DNA of 64,000 bases from Schizochytrium sp. TIO01 (GCA_004764695.1 SMSO01000031.1:1402436-1466435), one strand, 5' to 3'. Counted from the stretch's first letter, positions 25,526 to 36,659 are shown. Made by a program: numbers and translations. The notes: generated by a model not told the origin, from the sequence alone.

Positions 25526-26133
25526 ATGAGCGCCCGATTGAGTCGTGTGGTGCTACTTATGCGAGATGTTAAGGCTGGTGCTAGATTCTATGGTGAACAG
25601 GGCGTTGGCCTGACAACCCGTTTTGTTGCGGAGGAATACGCAGAACTCGCTGCTGTGCCTCCCGCAAAATTCGGAGATGCCTCACTGAAGTCTGCTTCTG
25701 CAGATCATTTTGCACTAGTGCTCCAGCAAGTGGAAAGGTAGGTGTTAATTTAAGAGCGTTACTACTTGCTTTATGCTGCTTCTTTCCTCGCTGTGCGAGC
25801 CCATTCATTGAATCAAACTCTAGAGACGCGTAAACATAGAGGATCCAGGTAATCCCTAATTTTGAAAATGTGGAGATGGAGATGAGCCTAACAGAGCTGA
25901 CATCAAAATGTGTATATATTTGTAAGTACAGGGAGGCAGACTGCTCAACAGGATACAGCCCAATCTTAAGCTTCGAAGTGGACGACATGGACTCTACTAT
26001 TCAAAGAATCATGATGCTTGGCGGAAGACTAGATGGCCCCATTAAGTATCCAATTGAAGGCAAAATTGCTAGTGTGCGCTCGCCTGATGGCCATATGATT
26101 GGCCTCTTTGAAGCAAACTTAGACCTTGTATAA
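25526..26133 (+). CDS. Glyoxalase/VOC-family protein, two exons (25526-25737, 25932-26133)
   Basis: Exon 1 MSARLSRVVLLMRDVKAGARFY; GTAGGT donor at 25738 and TACAG acceptor ending 25931 join in frame (ER-EADC); exon 2 GYSPILSFEVDDMD...LGGRLDGPIKYPIEGKIASVRSPDGHMIGLFE is a typical VOC end. Confidence 0.88.
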
Positions 26134-26299
26134 TGAATTGATGAAAAACTAGATACTGGAACTATGGAAATAGAAAATAAGATTTATGACCGCTCGTGAA
26201 AACGCCTCACTTTTCTTCTCTGACGTAAATCTTGTTATAGAACATTTTTTTTTCTATTGTATCACAAAAGAAAGCAATCAAGAAAGAGTGCTTATAATT

Positions 26300-28852
26300 T
26301 TAACTATGCGAAAGGGCTTGCAAAAGACCAGAACGAAGGTGTTCTTTAAGCCGAGGAAGCTCAGCTTCGTGCTGCTCAATATTTGCTACAAGCTTAGATG
26401 CAAGTACCTTGGCATATAGAACTTCGGTTAAGCGATCTACAGCTTGTGACCATTCGCACACTAAAAGTTCACGTGACATATCTTCAGTAGTTGTGCGTAA
26501 TGGAGGAGCGGGATCAAGAAGGAGCTCTGCGCCGTCAGTTTCTTCTTCTAGTACAATATTATTGTTTGCTTCATGCGATTCGGAAGGTTTAGGATCTACG
26601 TGAGTCTCACTTTCGACACTTCGTGCTGAGTGCTTTGACTGCTGACCTTTCATATCTGTTTTTGCATCTTTAGAATTGGCATTTTTGGCATTTTTGACAT
26701 CTTTTCCGTCCTTGCTATCCTTGTTATGTTTTGCGGGTGGTGCGCCTTTCTTTGTAGATGCTTGTGACCTTGCCGACCCCTTGCTACTCTCTTCAGATTT
26801 TTCTTCTTCATTATTGTTTTTTGCTTGCTCAGCTTTCTCTACTGCACTCATGTTCTTTTCGAAATTCGAGACAATCTTTTTCATATCTACGGGCATGGCA
26901 AGGGCTAATGTAAGTGCTTCTTGAATTGTGAGAATGAGCGGTAAGGGTTTTGGTAGTGGTGAAGGCTCGGGACTTTCCTTCTCTTCCCGATCCTCTCCGC
27001 CATCATGTTCGTCTTCATGGGCGGGAGATTTACCCTTTCCGGAATAGCTCTTTTCGTCTGTATTCGAGGAACTTTGCGTACTTAAATTATTCGATTCGCC
27101 AGTTTCCTTTTCGTCTACATTCTCAACTTCTTCCGCCTCAGCATTGGGTTCTACCGTGGTTTTTACAACCTCTGCGATACTGAAAGATTGGATTTTAAGG
27201 CAATCTTTTACAGATGGGGCCACGATTGCGGCACGCTTTAAACAATGAATGAGCGAACGGATATTCACAACGTGATCATTTGTTTGGTCCTCGATATCTT
27301 CACCCATATTGTCATATGCATCTGAAATTGCACTGTACACCTTGGGGCAGCAATCCATGGTGGCTTGCTTAATGTCACTTTCAAGAGCAACATCAAAGTT
27401 GGAAACATGCATATTCATCAGCCGTGCAACAAGTACAGCCAGGCCAAGCTCTGATTCATTAGGAGCAAATTTGGTGTATGCAATACGTACTAATGCTTCA
27501 ACAAACTCACGGAAGAGTACTGGTAAGTAGCGATCATGAATGTTCTTCATGGGGCTCTCCCCTGAACCTCGATATGTGTCACCATGGGCAAAGCGTACAT
27601 CTCGTAGAACGCGATCAATTTGTGCTAGCGATAGATGCTCATCTGGAATGTGGCATACTTTACAAAAGGTCCAAAATTGCCAAAGTCGCATGGCAAAGAC
27701 ATGATCTTGCGCAACAGGTTTATTTGATGCTGACTCTGGCTCAATAAGGTGACTGCATGTCATATATATGTTTCGTAAGTTTGCATTCCACCTTAAAAGA
27801 ACATTTTCCACCTCCCGGAGTACCCTTCGACACTTGGGTCCAATTCCTGGAATAAGGTCTTTAATTTCAAGTTCGATACCTAATGAACCAAATGCCTTTG
27901 TACTGTGGGTTTCGGACATAGGCTCAGGGCCGAGCATACGGTCATTTTCAAAAGATCCATCGTAGACCCGCCCATCAACAAATGTGTACACTCCCTGGCC
28001 ATGCTTGAGATCGTCCTTCCATTCACCAGTATATCGAGAGCCATCTGCATAGAAAAAAGTACCATGGCCATTGCGCTTGTCTTGAACCCATGCACCCTCG
28101 TAATGGTTACACATAATACGTCGCGGCTGAGTTTCGGTTGGCGATTTTGGTGACAGTGGCGCTTCGGCATTCGTATCCACATCAAGCCAGGCATGCTGGC
28201 CTTGGCCCTCGCGCTTGCCCTCACACCAGTGTCCAATGTACCTTTCGTCAAACTTGAACCACTCCATACGCCCAAAGCCATGAGGTTTATCTGCATACCA
28301 CTCGCCCTCATATATGTCTCCACTACTATAAACCATCCGTCCATGCCCCTGCCGTAATCCTTCATAGAAATCTCCTGTGTAGATTGCTGCATACTGGCCT
28401 TTTGTTTGGTGCTGCTGGAGTACGCCATGCCCATGCCTCTTAGACATCCTCCATTCTCCATCATACTCTACAGTTTTACATGCGCTCACGAATTTACCTT
28501 GGCCTTCGCGGAGCCCATCCACGAAATTGCCTTCGTACGTCGAGCCATCTTCCCATTCAATCATTCCTTGACCATGCGCAATGTTCAACTTAAATTCACC
28601 CTCGTACTTGCGGCCATCATTCCAGGAAAGAGTGCCAAAGCCATGGATTTGGCTTCTTAAAAATGCACCATGGTATGTGGTGCCATCAAAGAACTTGACT
28701 TGAGCCTCGCCTGTGAAACCTAGGCCAAAAGAGGTTTTGGTCTCGGTACCCTCAATGTTAAGTTTGTCTAAAGTTTCGAAAACAGCAGACTCTAGCAAGC
28801 GCGGGTCCACCTCCACACGTCTTGACTCTTCTGCCGATACGAAGTCTGCCAT
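26300..28852 (-). CDS. RSPH10B: MORN-repeat protein, radial spoke head 10 homolog-like
   Basis: About ten MORN repeats (YEGEW..DKPHGFG etc.) followed by MRLWQFWTFCKVC..LSLAQIDR..VLFREFVEALVRIAY, as recalled for RSPH10B; first ATG 28852 (ORF track opens at 28909). Confidence 0.8.
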   Translation of the reverse strand: MADFVSAEESRRVEVDPRLLESAVFETLDKLNIEGTETKTSFGLGFTGEAQVKFFDGTTYHGAFLRSQIHGFGTLSWNDGRKYEGEFKLNIAHGQGMIEWEDGSTYEGNFVDGLREGQGKFVSACKTVEYDGEWRMSKRHGHGVLQQHQTKGQYAAIYTGDFYEGLRQGHGRMVYSSGDIYEGEWYADKPHGFGRMEWFKFDERYIGHWCEGKREGQGQHAWLDVDTNAEAPLSPKSPTETQPRRIMCNHYEGAWVQDKRNGHGTFFYADGSRYTGEWKDDLKHGQGVYTFVDGRVYDGSFENDRMLGPEPMSETHSTKAFGSLGIELEIKDLIPGIGPKCRRVLREVENVLLRWNANLRNIYMTCSHLIEPESASNKPVAQDHVFAMRLWQFWTFCKVCHIPDEHLSLAQIDRVLRDVRFAHGDTYRGSGESPMKNIHDRYLPVLFREFVEALVRIAYTKFAPNESELGLAVLVARLMNMHVSNFDVALESDIKQATMDCCPKVYSAISDAYDNMGEDIEDQTNDHVVNIRSLIHCLKRAAIVAPSVKDCLKIQSFSIAEVVKTTVEPNAEAEEVENVDEKETGESNNLSTQSSSNTDEKSYSGKGKSPAHEDEHDGGEDREEKESPEPSPLPKPLPLILTIQEALTLALAMPVDMKKIVSNFEKNMSAVEKAEQAKNNNEEEKSEESSKGSARSQASTKKGAPPAKHNKDSKDGKDVKNAKNANSKDAKTDMKGQQSKHSARSVESETHVDPKPSESHEANNNIVLEEETDGAELLLDPAPPLRTTTEDMSRELLVCEWSQAVDRLTEVLYAKVLASKLVANIEQHEAELPRLKEHLRSGLLQALSHS

Positions 28853-29171
28853 TCTGGCGATGTCCTCCTCTTCCGTGGGTTCAAGGAGGGGGCGCCGTAG
28901 TGACAACACAGCCCGACTTTGCGCTGAGGATTGGACGATTGGCTCTACTTAAGGAATATGCCAGGCTTCTTGTTCCTATCGATGATACGAATGGTGCTGT
29001 TGATGTTGATGCTGTTGTTGTTGTTGTTGTTGTTATTGTTGTTGTTATTGTAGGCGGAGGACATAAATAAAAGTTGCACTTTGTGTTAAAAAGGGGTCTA
29101 TTTAGTGGCCCAACGGTCATATAAGTGCCGGCAAGCTTTGACTTGTTACTTTTGCCATTCTTACAGGTAAC

Positions 29172-29184
29172 GTTGCTAAGCAAC
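29172..29184. promoter_or_regulatory. RFX X-box-like palindrome GTTGCTAAGCAAC in the divergent RSPH10B/IFT144 promoter
   Basis: Matches the X-box consensus GTYRCY-N(0-3)-RGYAAC; a GGTAAC half-site lies immediately 5' (29166-29171). Confidence 0.45.
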
Positions 29185-29687
29185 AATAGCGATGTACAGA
29201 ATCGATGTCTCTCCAGAGCTAGGGGGTCTCGGAGTCTAGGTTAGGCAGTGCCTAATTGTAGTTATGGATGACAGAACATGTTTTACTGCTTTTAAAAGAG
29301 GAAACGCCAGACTTTGACAATTCATCCTATGTAGACATATATACTCATTCATTCATCAAACAATTAATCAATCGCCCTATCAAGTGAGAGCAAACCGGGC
29401 TCTCCATCCTTGACGAGCGAGACGGGAGGACTAGCTAGTCACGTCTTGGCTCAGCAGGAGGTGGTATCCTGCCAGAACGTGTTCTTTTATAATAGTGGCT
29501 GGCTTTTGCGTGTGAATTCTCACAAGAGTGGAGGTTGCTGCTCGAGGGAGAGCAAAGAAACGATCAAAAGTTCATCCAATTTCGAAGCGCTTGAGATAGA
29601 CCCTTGCATCACTTTGAGCAGGGCAATCAAAGCGATCGCTCTTAGTTTGCGTTCGATTCTCCAAAGTATATTTGAGGAAGTTGATAA

Positions 29688-32600
29688 ATGAAGCCACTGT
29701 TCGAACTTGATGAAAGCTGCCATGGCCATGGTCCTGTCCAGGCCTGCTGGCAGCACGATGGAAGCTACCTTGCATCCTGTGGCCTCAATGGCCTCGTGCA
29801 AGTCTATGATCGCCACGGAGAGCAGTACGATGAGATCCGCCTTCCGAGCAAAACTCGTGTACTTAGCATGGACTGGGACAAAGATGGTGAGCTTCTGGCC
29901 GTTCTTCAGGAAAAGGCTCAATCCGTGATGCTTTATAGTCTGCAAAAAAAGCAAATGAGTGCTCTGGAAGCAAATTTGAAGAATCCACAATTTCTTGCCT
30001 GGTCCAAAGTTGGCCCTCAATTGGCCATTGGTGCTGGCAATGGATCCGTTGTGCTATATAGAAAAGACAACCTTCGTCAAGAGGTGCTTTTTGGGAAACA
30101 CTCTGGTTCGATTGTCTGTGGCGCCTGGGGTGACGAAGAGAACCTATTGGCATTGGCTGGCGAGGACAGAACAATCACGATATCCACATGCGAGGGCACA
30201 ACAGAGGCCCAATTTACAGTCTCAGGTATACCAGGTCGGATTGCGTTTGCTCCTCCGAGGACTGCGCGCAGCTTAGAAGGAAAGGGTGAAGATTCAAAGG
30301 CGTGGACCCTTTGCACATCAGTGAAAAGTGAAGACATCATTCTTTATGCGATGCATGAAGAGCCAACACGACTTCCATTTGCTCAGAGATATGGTAAGAT
30401 TGTGGCTTTCGAATGGCTTTCGAACCATATTCTGATCGTTGGATTCACAACAGGACAGCTTGTTGCTGTTCGTTTGGATGAAGGTCATTTTGGTGAGGAA
30501 GTATTTTCTTCAAGGCTACACCGCACTTCCTTAACGAATCTTGTTGTATCGCGCTCTTATCAGCGAGTCGCCTCCTGTGGAGATAGCTCTGTGCACATCG
30601 TAGATACTCAGTCATGGCGGGAGAATACGGAAGACATTATCAACCTTGAAAACGAAGAAGGTAATCTTGCCAAAATGTGCTGGACATCAGATGGCCAAAT
30701 TCTTACCGTAGCTACTAAGACAGGTCGATTGTACAATTTCCTGACCAAAATGCCAATGTTTAATGATAGCTATGGTGTAAACGTAGCATACCTATCATCA
30801 TTGCGTGAAATTGCGATCATTGACGCTCTTGATGCTCAGCGCGGAGTCAGAAGTAGCCCTATCCGTGTCCCAGTAAACATTGAGCCAGGGTTTGTTGGGC
30901 TTGGTGCGGATCATGTTGTTGTAGGAATGAATAACCGGGCGTGGTTCTATCGCTTTCAAGAAAATGAAGATCCCAGTCAAACTGACCAACTTGTCAACGA
31001 GATGGAGTATCTTGGAAGCGTGGAGACAATTGCTCTGAATGAGCAATTTTGTGCAGCGCTATGCGGCGGGAAAATTTACCTACACCCCATTGAAGCGTCT
31101 CAAGAAGGTGGAAATCAAGTTTTCCCTCCACCTGAGTGTGGCGAAGCCACTAGCGTTGCATTGACATCCAATTTTATCATTTTTGCGTCTACAGATGGCA
31201 CGTTACAGTTTTATTCTCTCTTTGATGGAAGTCCGATCGCCACATCTGAGCTCAGACATGGACATACCATTCGTGCAATTTACCCGAATTCTTCAGGAAC
31301 GCGGGTAATTTTTATCGATGAAACTGGAGCAGGTTTTCTATACAACCCAGTTGATGCCCAGATTTGTGAAGTGCCTGACCTGAATGCAGATACAAACAAA
31401 GTAATTTGGGATGGTCTTGATCCATTCATTTTTGTCACTGCTAACCCCTATGAGCTCAGCACATATGTGTACACCCCACTGACTATCAATGGCCCAGAGG
31501 TAACGAAAGTTGGGCCACTAGATGTAAAGGAAAACGGCCAGACTGAGATGCACGCCTTATCCACTCAGCTTCCCTCGGGTTTCCAAGCAATTACCTCTTT
31601 TGCAGGTATTGTGACCTGCCAAGCTCCTAATTCCCAGCTCAATCGAGTCATGCTTGGATCTCACGAAGCCTTGCATAGTCTCGATCGCAGCAGTGAGACA
31701 AATCGAATGAAATTCGACCAGAGCCTCGCATTACACAAGCTGCAGGATGCCTGGCACATGGCTCTCATGCTTGAATCCAGGCCGCACTGGACGGCCTTGT
31801 CTCTGCGAGCAATGGCAGAGATGAACATTGACCTTTCCATTCGAGTGTTCCGCCAGCTCAGAGATGCAGGCATGGTAATTGCGTTAGAACACTTGAGGTA
31901 TGTAGAGGACAAACATTTGCTTGCAGGGCATATTGCAGCTCTCTTTTCTGATTATGCGCAGGCTCAGGAGCTTTACTTGTTGTCTTCGGCTCCAGAGACA
32001 GCATTAACACTTCATAAGGATTTGATGAATTGGGAACAGGCCCTCAAAATAGCAGAAAGCGTTGCACCGCAGGAAATTCCTCTTCTTTCGGTCCAATATG
32101 CAAAGCAGCTTGAGTTCAAGGGTGAATATCGACAAGCCCTTCAGGTTTATGAGAAAGCATTCGAGACACTTGGTCCTCAATGCGTGGAGGAGAAAAGTAC
32201 AAATTTCTACAACGATCCTACTCTTGACGGTCAAGAGCCACAGGTAGACCTTGAAGCGGAACGCAACCTGTGCCTGGCAGGTATTGCACGAATGACTCTT
32301 CGTGCTGGCAATATCCCAAAAGGTGTGCGACTTGCTATGGACTTGAAGGATAATATTGTTTGTCGTGAATGCGCTGATATTTTGCTTACGATGAAGCAAC
32401 TCCCTGATGCAGCTATGCTCTTTGAACAGGCTGGGGAGTTTGAAGAAGCGGCAAGCGTCTATATCAGAACCAAGAATTACTCCGCTGCACAACCACTCCT
32501 GGACAAGGTCACAGCCCCAAAGCTTCACAGAGAGTTTGCTCGCGCAAAGGAAGCCGAAAAGGACTATCGTACCGCTTTGGAAGAGTACGAAAAGGGCGAA

Positions 32601-33986
32601 GATGGAGATAATGTCATTCGTATTGCTCTTGAGCACTTACGTCAGCCTGAAAAGGCATTTGCCCTGGTTCGTTCAACTCAAACCTCAACCGGTGCAGACT
32701 TAGCAGCACGATACTGCCAAAGTGTAAGCGACTTTCAAGGTGCTATTGAATTCATGCTCATGGCAAAACGTGTTGACGATGCCTTCGAATTAGCGACGAC
32801 TCATGATACCATGGAGGTCTTTGAAACCGCTCTAGGAGGCGATGGAACACCCGAGCAGTATCAAAACATTGCCAAGTACTACGAGACAAAGCAGCAGCAT
32901 AGTAAAGCAGCAGAGTTTTATGCACTCTGTGGACAATACAGAGTGGCTCTCGCTTTGTATCAGAAATGTAACGAAATTGAACGCGCTATTGAAGTAGTTG
33001 GCCGTGCAAAAGATGACATGCTGACACATCGTCTTATTGATTACCTCATGGGAGACTCAACGGGCATTGTACAAGAGCCTATTCACATTTTTAGATTGTA
33101 TATGGCGTTGGGCAATTACATTCAGGCGGCCCGAACTGCCATGGTTATTGCGCATCAGGAATGTGAGAATGGAAACTACAAGGCTGCACATAGTGTCTTG
33201 TACGAAACGTACCATGAGCTAGAGGCTCGTAGTATTCGGATTCCCCAACAGTTACGCTCAACATTTATTCTACTTCATAGTTACTTACTTGTGAAGAAGC
33301 GCATCAAGGTTGGTGACCATTCCGGCGCAGCTCGTCTTCTTGTTCGAGTGGTGAAGAATATATCCAGCTTCCCTTCTCATACCGTGCCCATTCTTACCAG
33401 CGCTGTTATTGAGTGCCACCGTGCGGGCTTGAAGAAAACCGCTTTTGAATACGCTTCTCAGCTTATGAGCTCTGAGTACCGTGCGCAACTCGACCCTAAT
33501 TATCGCACTCGCATCGAGACCATCGTGCGGCGTCGGGGTCGCTCTGAGCTTGCTGACACAGATGAGGGGCGCTCTGAGTGTCCGTACACTACAGAGATGA
33601 TTCCTAACTTTGAGCTCATTTGCCCCCGCACGAAGAATCAGATTCCATTTTGCGTTGTGACTGGCCGACACATGGTTCTCGATGATTGGTGCATATGCCC
33701 AGTCTCGAAAATGCCTGCCCTGTATTCAGAGTATGTCAAATACTTACAGGATGTGAAAACTTCAGAGGAGCGACTTGATCCGGTCTGTGGCCAACCAATA
33801 AGTATTGGAGAATTGCGAAAGCTCGAGAATCCCAAACCTTACCTTGACATTTACTCCTCGTCAGGGGCTGATGATGAAGACGAAGATGACGAAGATGATG
33901 ATGACCGGGAGGATGGCGGCGATTTGGAAGTACGAATCAGCAAGGGTACTCACGGAAGCAGGAACAGCGAGGATAATGAGGAATGA
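29688..33986 (+). CDS. WDR19: Intraflagellar transport protein IFT144/WDR19 (IFT-A)
   Basis: 1432 aa; N-terminal WD40 (MDWDKDGELLAV, WSKVGPQLAIG, GKHSGSIVCGAW), TPR-like region, C-terminal LLHSYLLVK...ARLLVRV...FPSHTVPILTSAVIECHRAGLK...IPFCVVTGRHM zinc-ribbon region. Confidence 0.96.
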   Translation: MKPLFELDESCHGHGPVQACWQHDGSYLASCGLNGLVQVYDRHGEQYDEIRLPSKTRVLSMDWDKDGELLAVLQEKAQSVMLYSLQKKQMSALEANLKNPQFLAWSKVGPQLAIGAGNGSVVLYRKDNLRQEVLFGKHSGSIVCGAWGDEENLLALAGEDRTITISTCEGTTEAQFTVSGIPGRIAFAPPRTARSLEGKGEDSKAWTLCTSVKSEDIILYAMHEEPTRLPFAQRYGKIVAFEWLSNHILIVGFTTGQLVAVRLDEGHFGEEVFSSRLHRTSLTNLVVSRSYQRVASCGDSSVHIVDTQSWRENTEDIINLENEEGNLAKMCWTSDGQILTVATKTGRLYNFLTKMPMFNDSYGVNVAYLSSLREIAIIDALDAQRGVRSSPIRVPVNIEPGFVGLGADHVVVGMNNRAWFYRFQENEDPSQTDQLVNEMEYLGSVETIALNEQFCAALCGGKIYLHPIEASQEGGNQVFPPPECGEATSVALTSNFIIFASTDGTLQFYSLFDGSPIATSELRHGHTIRAIYPNSSGTRVIFIDETGAGFLYNPVDAQICEVPDLNADTNKVIWDGLDPFIFVTANPYELSTYVYTPLTINGPEVTKVGPLDVKENGQTEMHALSTQLPSGFQAITSFAGIVTCQAPNSQLNRVMLGSHEALHSLDRSSETNRMKFDQSLALHKLQDAWHMALMLESRPHWTALSLRAMAEMNIDLSIRVFRQLRDAGMVIALEHLRYVEDKHLLAGHIAALFSDYAQAQELYLLSSAPETALTLHKDLMNWEQALKIAESVAPQEIPLLSVQYAKQLEFKGEYRQALQVYEKAFETLGPQCVEEKSTNFYNDPTLDGQEPQVDLEAERNLCLAGIARMTLRAGNIPKGVRLAMDLKDNIVCRECADILLTMKQLPDAAMLFEQAGEFEEAASVYIRTKNYSAAQPLLDKVTAPKLHREFARAKEAEKDYRTALEEYEKGEDGDNVIRIALEHLRQPEKAFALVRSTQTSTGADLAARYCQSVSDFQGAIEFMLMAKRVDDAFELATTHDTMEVFETALGGDGTPEQYQNIAKYYETKQQHSKAAEFYALCGQYRVALALYQKCNEIERAIEVVGRAKDDMLTHRLIDYLMGDSTGIVQEPIHIFRLYMALGNYIQAARTAMVIAHQECENGNYKAAHSVLYETYHELEARSIRIPQQLRSTFILLHSYLLVKKRIKVGDHSGAARLLVRVVKNISSFPSHTVPILTSAVIECHRAGLKKTAFEYASQLMSSEYRAQLDPNYRTRIETIVRRRGRSELADTDEGRSECPYTTEMIPNFELICPRTKNQIPFCVVTGRHMVLDDWCICPVSKMPALYSEYVKYLQDVKTSEERLDPVCGQPISIGELRKLENPKPYLDIYSSSGADDEDEDDEDDDDREDGGDLEVRISKGTHGSRNSEDNEE

Positions 33987-34498
33987 GTTGAAGTCGTTTA
34001 GGAAATATCTACTGTGCTAAGGAGTCAATTGGTCAATTTGATGGAATGATGTCAGCTCGCTTTTTCTTTTCTACAAATATTAGATTTTAATTCAATTCAT
34101 TTCCTGTTTTTGTTCTTCATTTGAAGCAATTTGTTATCGAATGTTGAGATTATACAAATGCCAACTCCGCCCAGGCTCTAGAAGTAGATAGGCATAAAAC
34201 TATTCAAGTGTACAGAAACACAAAACCTGTTAATGATTCTTTGTTTTATCCTCTTCAAACACTCTCAGACGATTACGTCTGGTTTGCCTATCAATAGAAA
34301 ACAAACTAAATAACAATTGCAGTATAACAAGAGCCTTGCAAAGATGAAGTTTATATCGTTCGGACTAGTAAAAAGGTAAGAAAGAAAGGATGAGACTTAG
34401 TGGTGGTGTGACGGGTAAGAAAACACGCTTCTTCAATGTGAAAAGGGTGCAGGCAAGTCACAATAAGCAGGATTTGGGTGTAATAATAAGCATGCAAT

Positions 34499-35911
34499 TT
34501 AGGCCTGGTCCTTGGGAGCTGCTGGGGGCTCCTCTGCAGACTTTTTCTGCTGCTGAGCCTGGAGAACTGCCTCACCAGCAGCGATGCGATCTGCCTTTGC
34601 ATTGCCTGGCCTCCGCTTGACCTTGAGGGAACGCATGTCAAGCTGCCGTGTAACGTCCTCGAGCGACGCATTTCCGCACGTGCACGCGGCAAAGAGGAAG
34701 TATGCGAGGTCTGCGACCTCGCGGGCAACATGCTCTGGGTCATTCTCCTCAATAGCCTCAATTACCTCTTGTGCCTCCTCAATGAGCTTGTTACGCAGCA
34801 ATGCCTTGTCCTCAAAAAGACGTTTTGTGTATGATCCTTCTGGGGCGTTAAGCTTGCGGGACTCAAGAGTGCGAAAGAGGTGGGGGATGCCACCGTCATA
34901 ACCCCAGCATGTGCGGGTCTGTTGATGGCAAAATGCAGGAGGGTTTCCACGCTGGCGCACCTTGAACCTCATCGCGTCGGCATCACAGTCAAATGCGATA
35001 GACACAAGCTCCTGAAAGGCACCGCTTGTGTCGCCCTTGCGCCACAGACTCTGCCTGGATCTTGACCAGTACACGCCGCGGCCACACGCCAACGAGGCAA
35101 CCACAGACTGTTCGCTGGAGTACACGAGGCCAAGTGCCACGCCATTCTCATCGGTGACGACCGTCGCAAAGAGACCATCTGTACGGTCGGTGCGAAGGCA
35201 CGCTACAAAAGACCTTGCCACGCAAAAGGCAGCCTCTGAGTCAGTATCTGTCGCAAGAGACCCTTCTGTTGGCATGGAAACGTTCTTAGACACAACGTTC
35301 ACAGGAAAGTCTGTGGAGTGGAGTCCATGGAGCTTACCAACGAGCTGGTTGTTAATCTTCTGCGCCTCGCCTCCGGCCTCGATCTCGGGGACCTCTAATG
35401 TGATAGCAAGGCGTTTTCCCAAAAGCTGCCATGCCCTCTCTGCGACCTTGACGACTTCTTCAGAATTTTTGGCCTCAGAAATAATTGAAACGCCCCCAAC
35501 GCTGCCAGAAAGTTTGCTCAGGAGACCGTCGTCTTCAAGGGCCTTCTCGGAAAATCTGGCAACAAGACGTTCACGAGGAAGCTGCGAAGCAATGTCCTCG
35601 AGGTCGTCGAAAGAACCCTCAACAATGACTTGGACAGCGCCTTCGTTGAGCCATTGCGTCACTTCCTCAACGCTTGTAGCGGCGATGGGACCAACTTGGC
35701 AAGGGTACGAACACAAAGCTTTGCCCCACTTGCGAACAGCAGATTTCCAGAAGTCCTTCTCCTCAGGGGCACCCACACTTGGTGCGGAGACAGAGTCAAG
35801 TGAAGGGATGATGCGAAGGGGGCCGCACCAACTCAGGCGTTTGAGGAGATCAAACTTCTCAGAGGACGCCACAGCACCGCCCACGGCCACGTCCACAGCG
35901 GGAATGAGCAT
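34499..35911 (-). CDS. hisIE: Histidine biosynthesis protein: degenerate HisA-like N-terminus + phosphoribosyl-AMP cyclohydrolase (HisI) + phosphoribosyl-ATP pyrophosphatase (HisE)
   Basis: MLIPAVDV..G start and WLNEGAVQVIV (HisA-like); GVYWSRSRQSLWRKGDTSG, DCDADAM, FCHQQTRTCW (HisI); GSYTKRLF, KLIEEAQE, EVADLAYF (HisE); no HisD. First ATG 35911. Confidence 0.92.
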   Translation of the reverse strand: MLIPAVDVAVGGAVASSEKFDLLKRLSWCGPLRIIPSLDSVSAPSVGAPEEKDFWKSAVRKWGKALCSYPCQVGPIAATSVEEVTQWLNEGAVQVIVEGSFDDLEDIASQLPRERLVARFSEKALEDDGLLSKLSGSVGGVSIISEAKNSEEVVKVAERAWQLLGKRLAITLEVPEIEAGGEAQKINNQLVGKLHGLHSTDFPVNVVSKNVSMPTEGSLATDTDSEAAFCVARSFVACLRTDRTDGLFATVVTDENGVALGLVYSSEQSVVASLACGRGVYWSRSRQSLWRKGDTSGAFQELVSIAFDCDADAMRFKVRQRGNPPAFCHQQTRTCWGYDGGIPHLFRTLESRKLNAPEGSYTKRLFEDKALLRNKLIEEAQEVIEAIEENDPEHVAREVADLAYFLFAACTCGNASLEDVTRQLDMRSLKVKRRPGNAKADRIAAGEAVLQAQQQKKSAEEPPAAPKDQA

Positions 35912-36659
35912 GATGCCAAGTCTTCTGCTGGTTGCAACGCAACTGCTTTGGCTGGTGCTAAAGCTCCTGTTATTACAGACTGACTGAAGTTGTGCGAGAC
36001 CGCCTCGCGAAGATGCTGGAAGACTGCGATAGAGCAATGCAGGTTTACTCGCAAAGGTCTTGCTCTGATTGACTTGCTACTTATAACTGTAGTGTTACGA
36101 GTAGAAAGGTGAAGTTTTACTCTATTTGTACAGCAGCCATAAGAGCTTTTGCTTTTGTTCTATTGACGCAGGAGTGGCTTTAGTGGGAACAGAGACCTAC
36201 GTCTACGTAGGGATAAGCGCCTTCGAGGCAGAATTGTTGCGATCGTTGTCTGTCGCAGGCCTTCATTTCGTAAAGACCAAGCTCAAAAAATATGTCTCAC
36301 CACACAAGCGCTGTAGCACATGGAGAGCAAACTTGGTGGTCCTCATAGGTGGAGCAGACCTACTCATACCCACTCATAGGTGGAGCAAACCCACACACTA
36401 CAGCAGTCAGCTCTCAGAAGCAGCACTTGCAACCGACGCTGACTTGGTGTCTAAGCCGACAGTTGCATCCCTGAGCTCGGCAGAGAAAGCTGTGACCATG
36501 GTGTAGTTGGCAAGGACCTTCATTTGTAATCAGAAAACGAGCCAAAATTAGGGTCTTATCTCATGCTGGAAAAGGGCCACTTGCTGAACAAAAGCGACTA
36601 CGGTGCCGGTAACTAGCTCTTATTATAGAGAATAGCAAGCTCTTTGCGATGAAGGGGAT

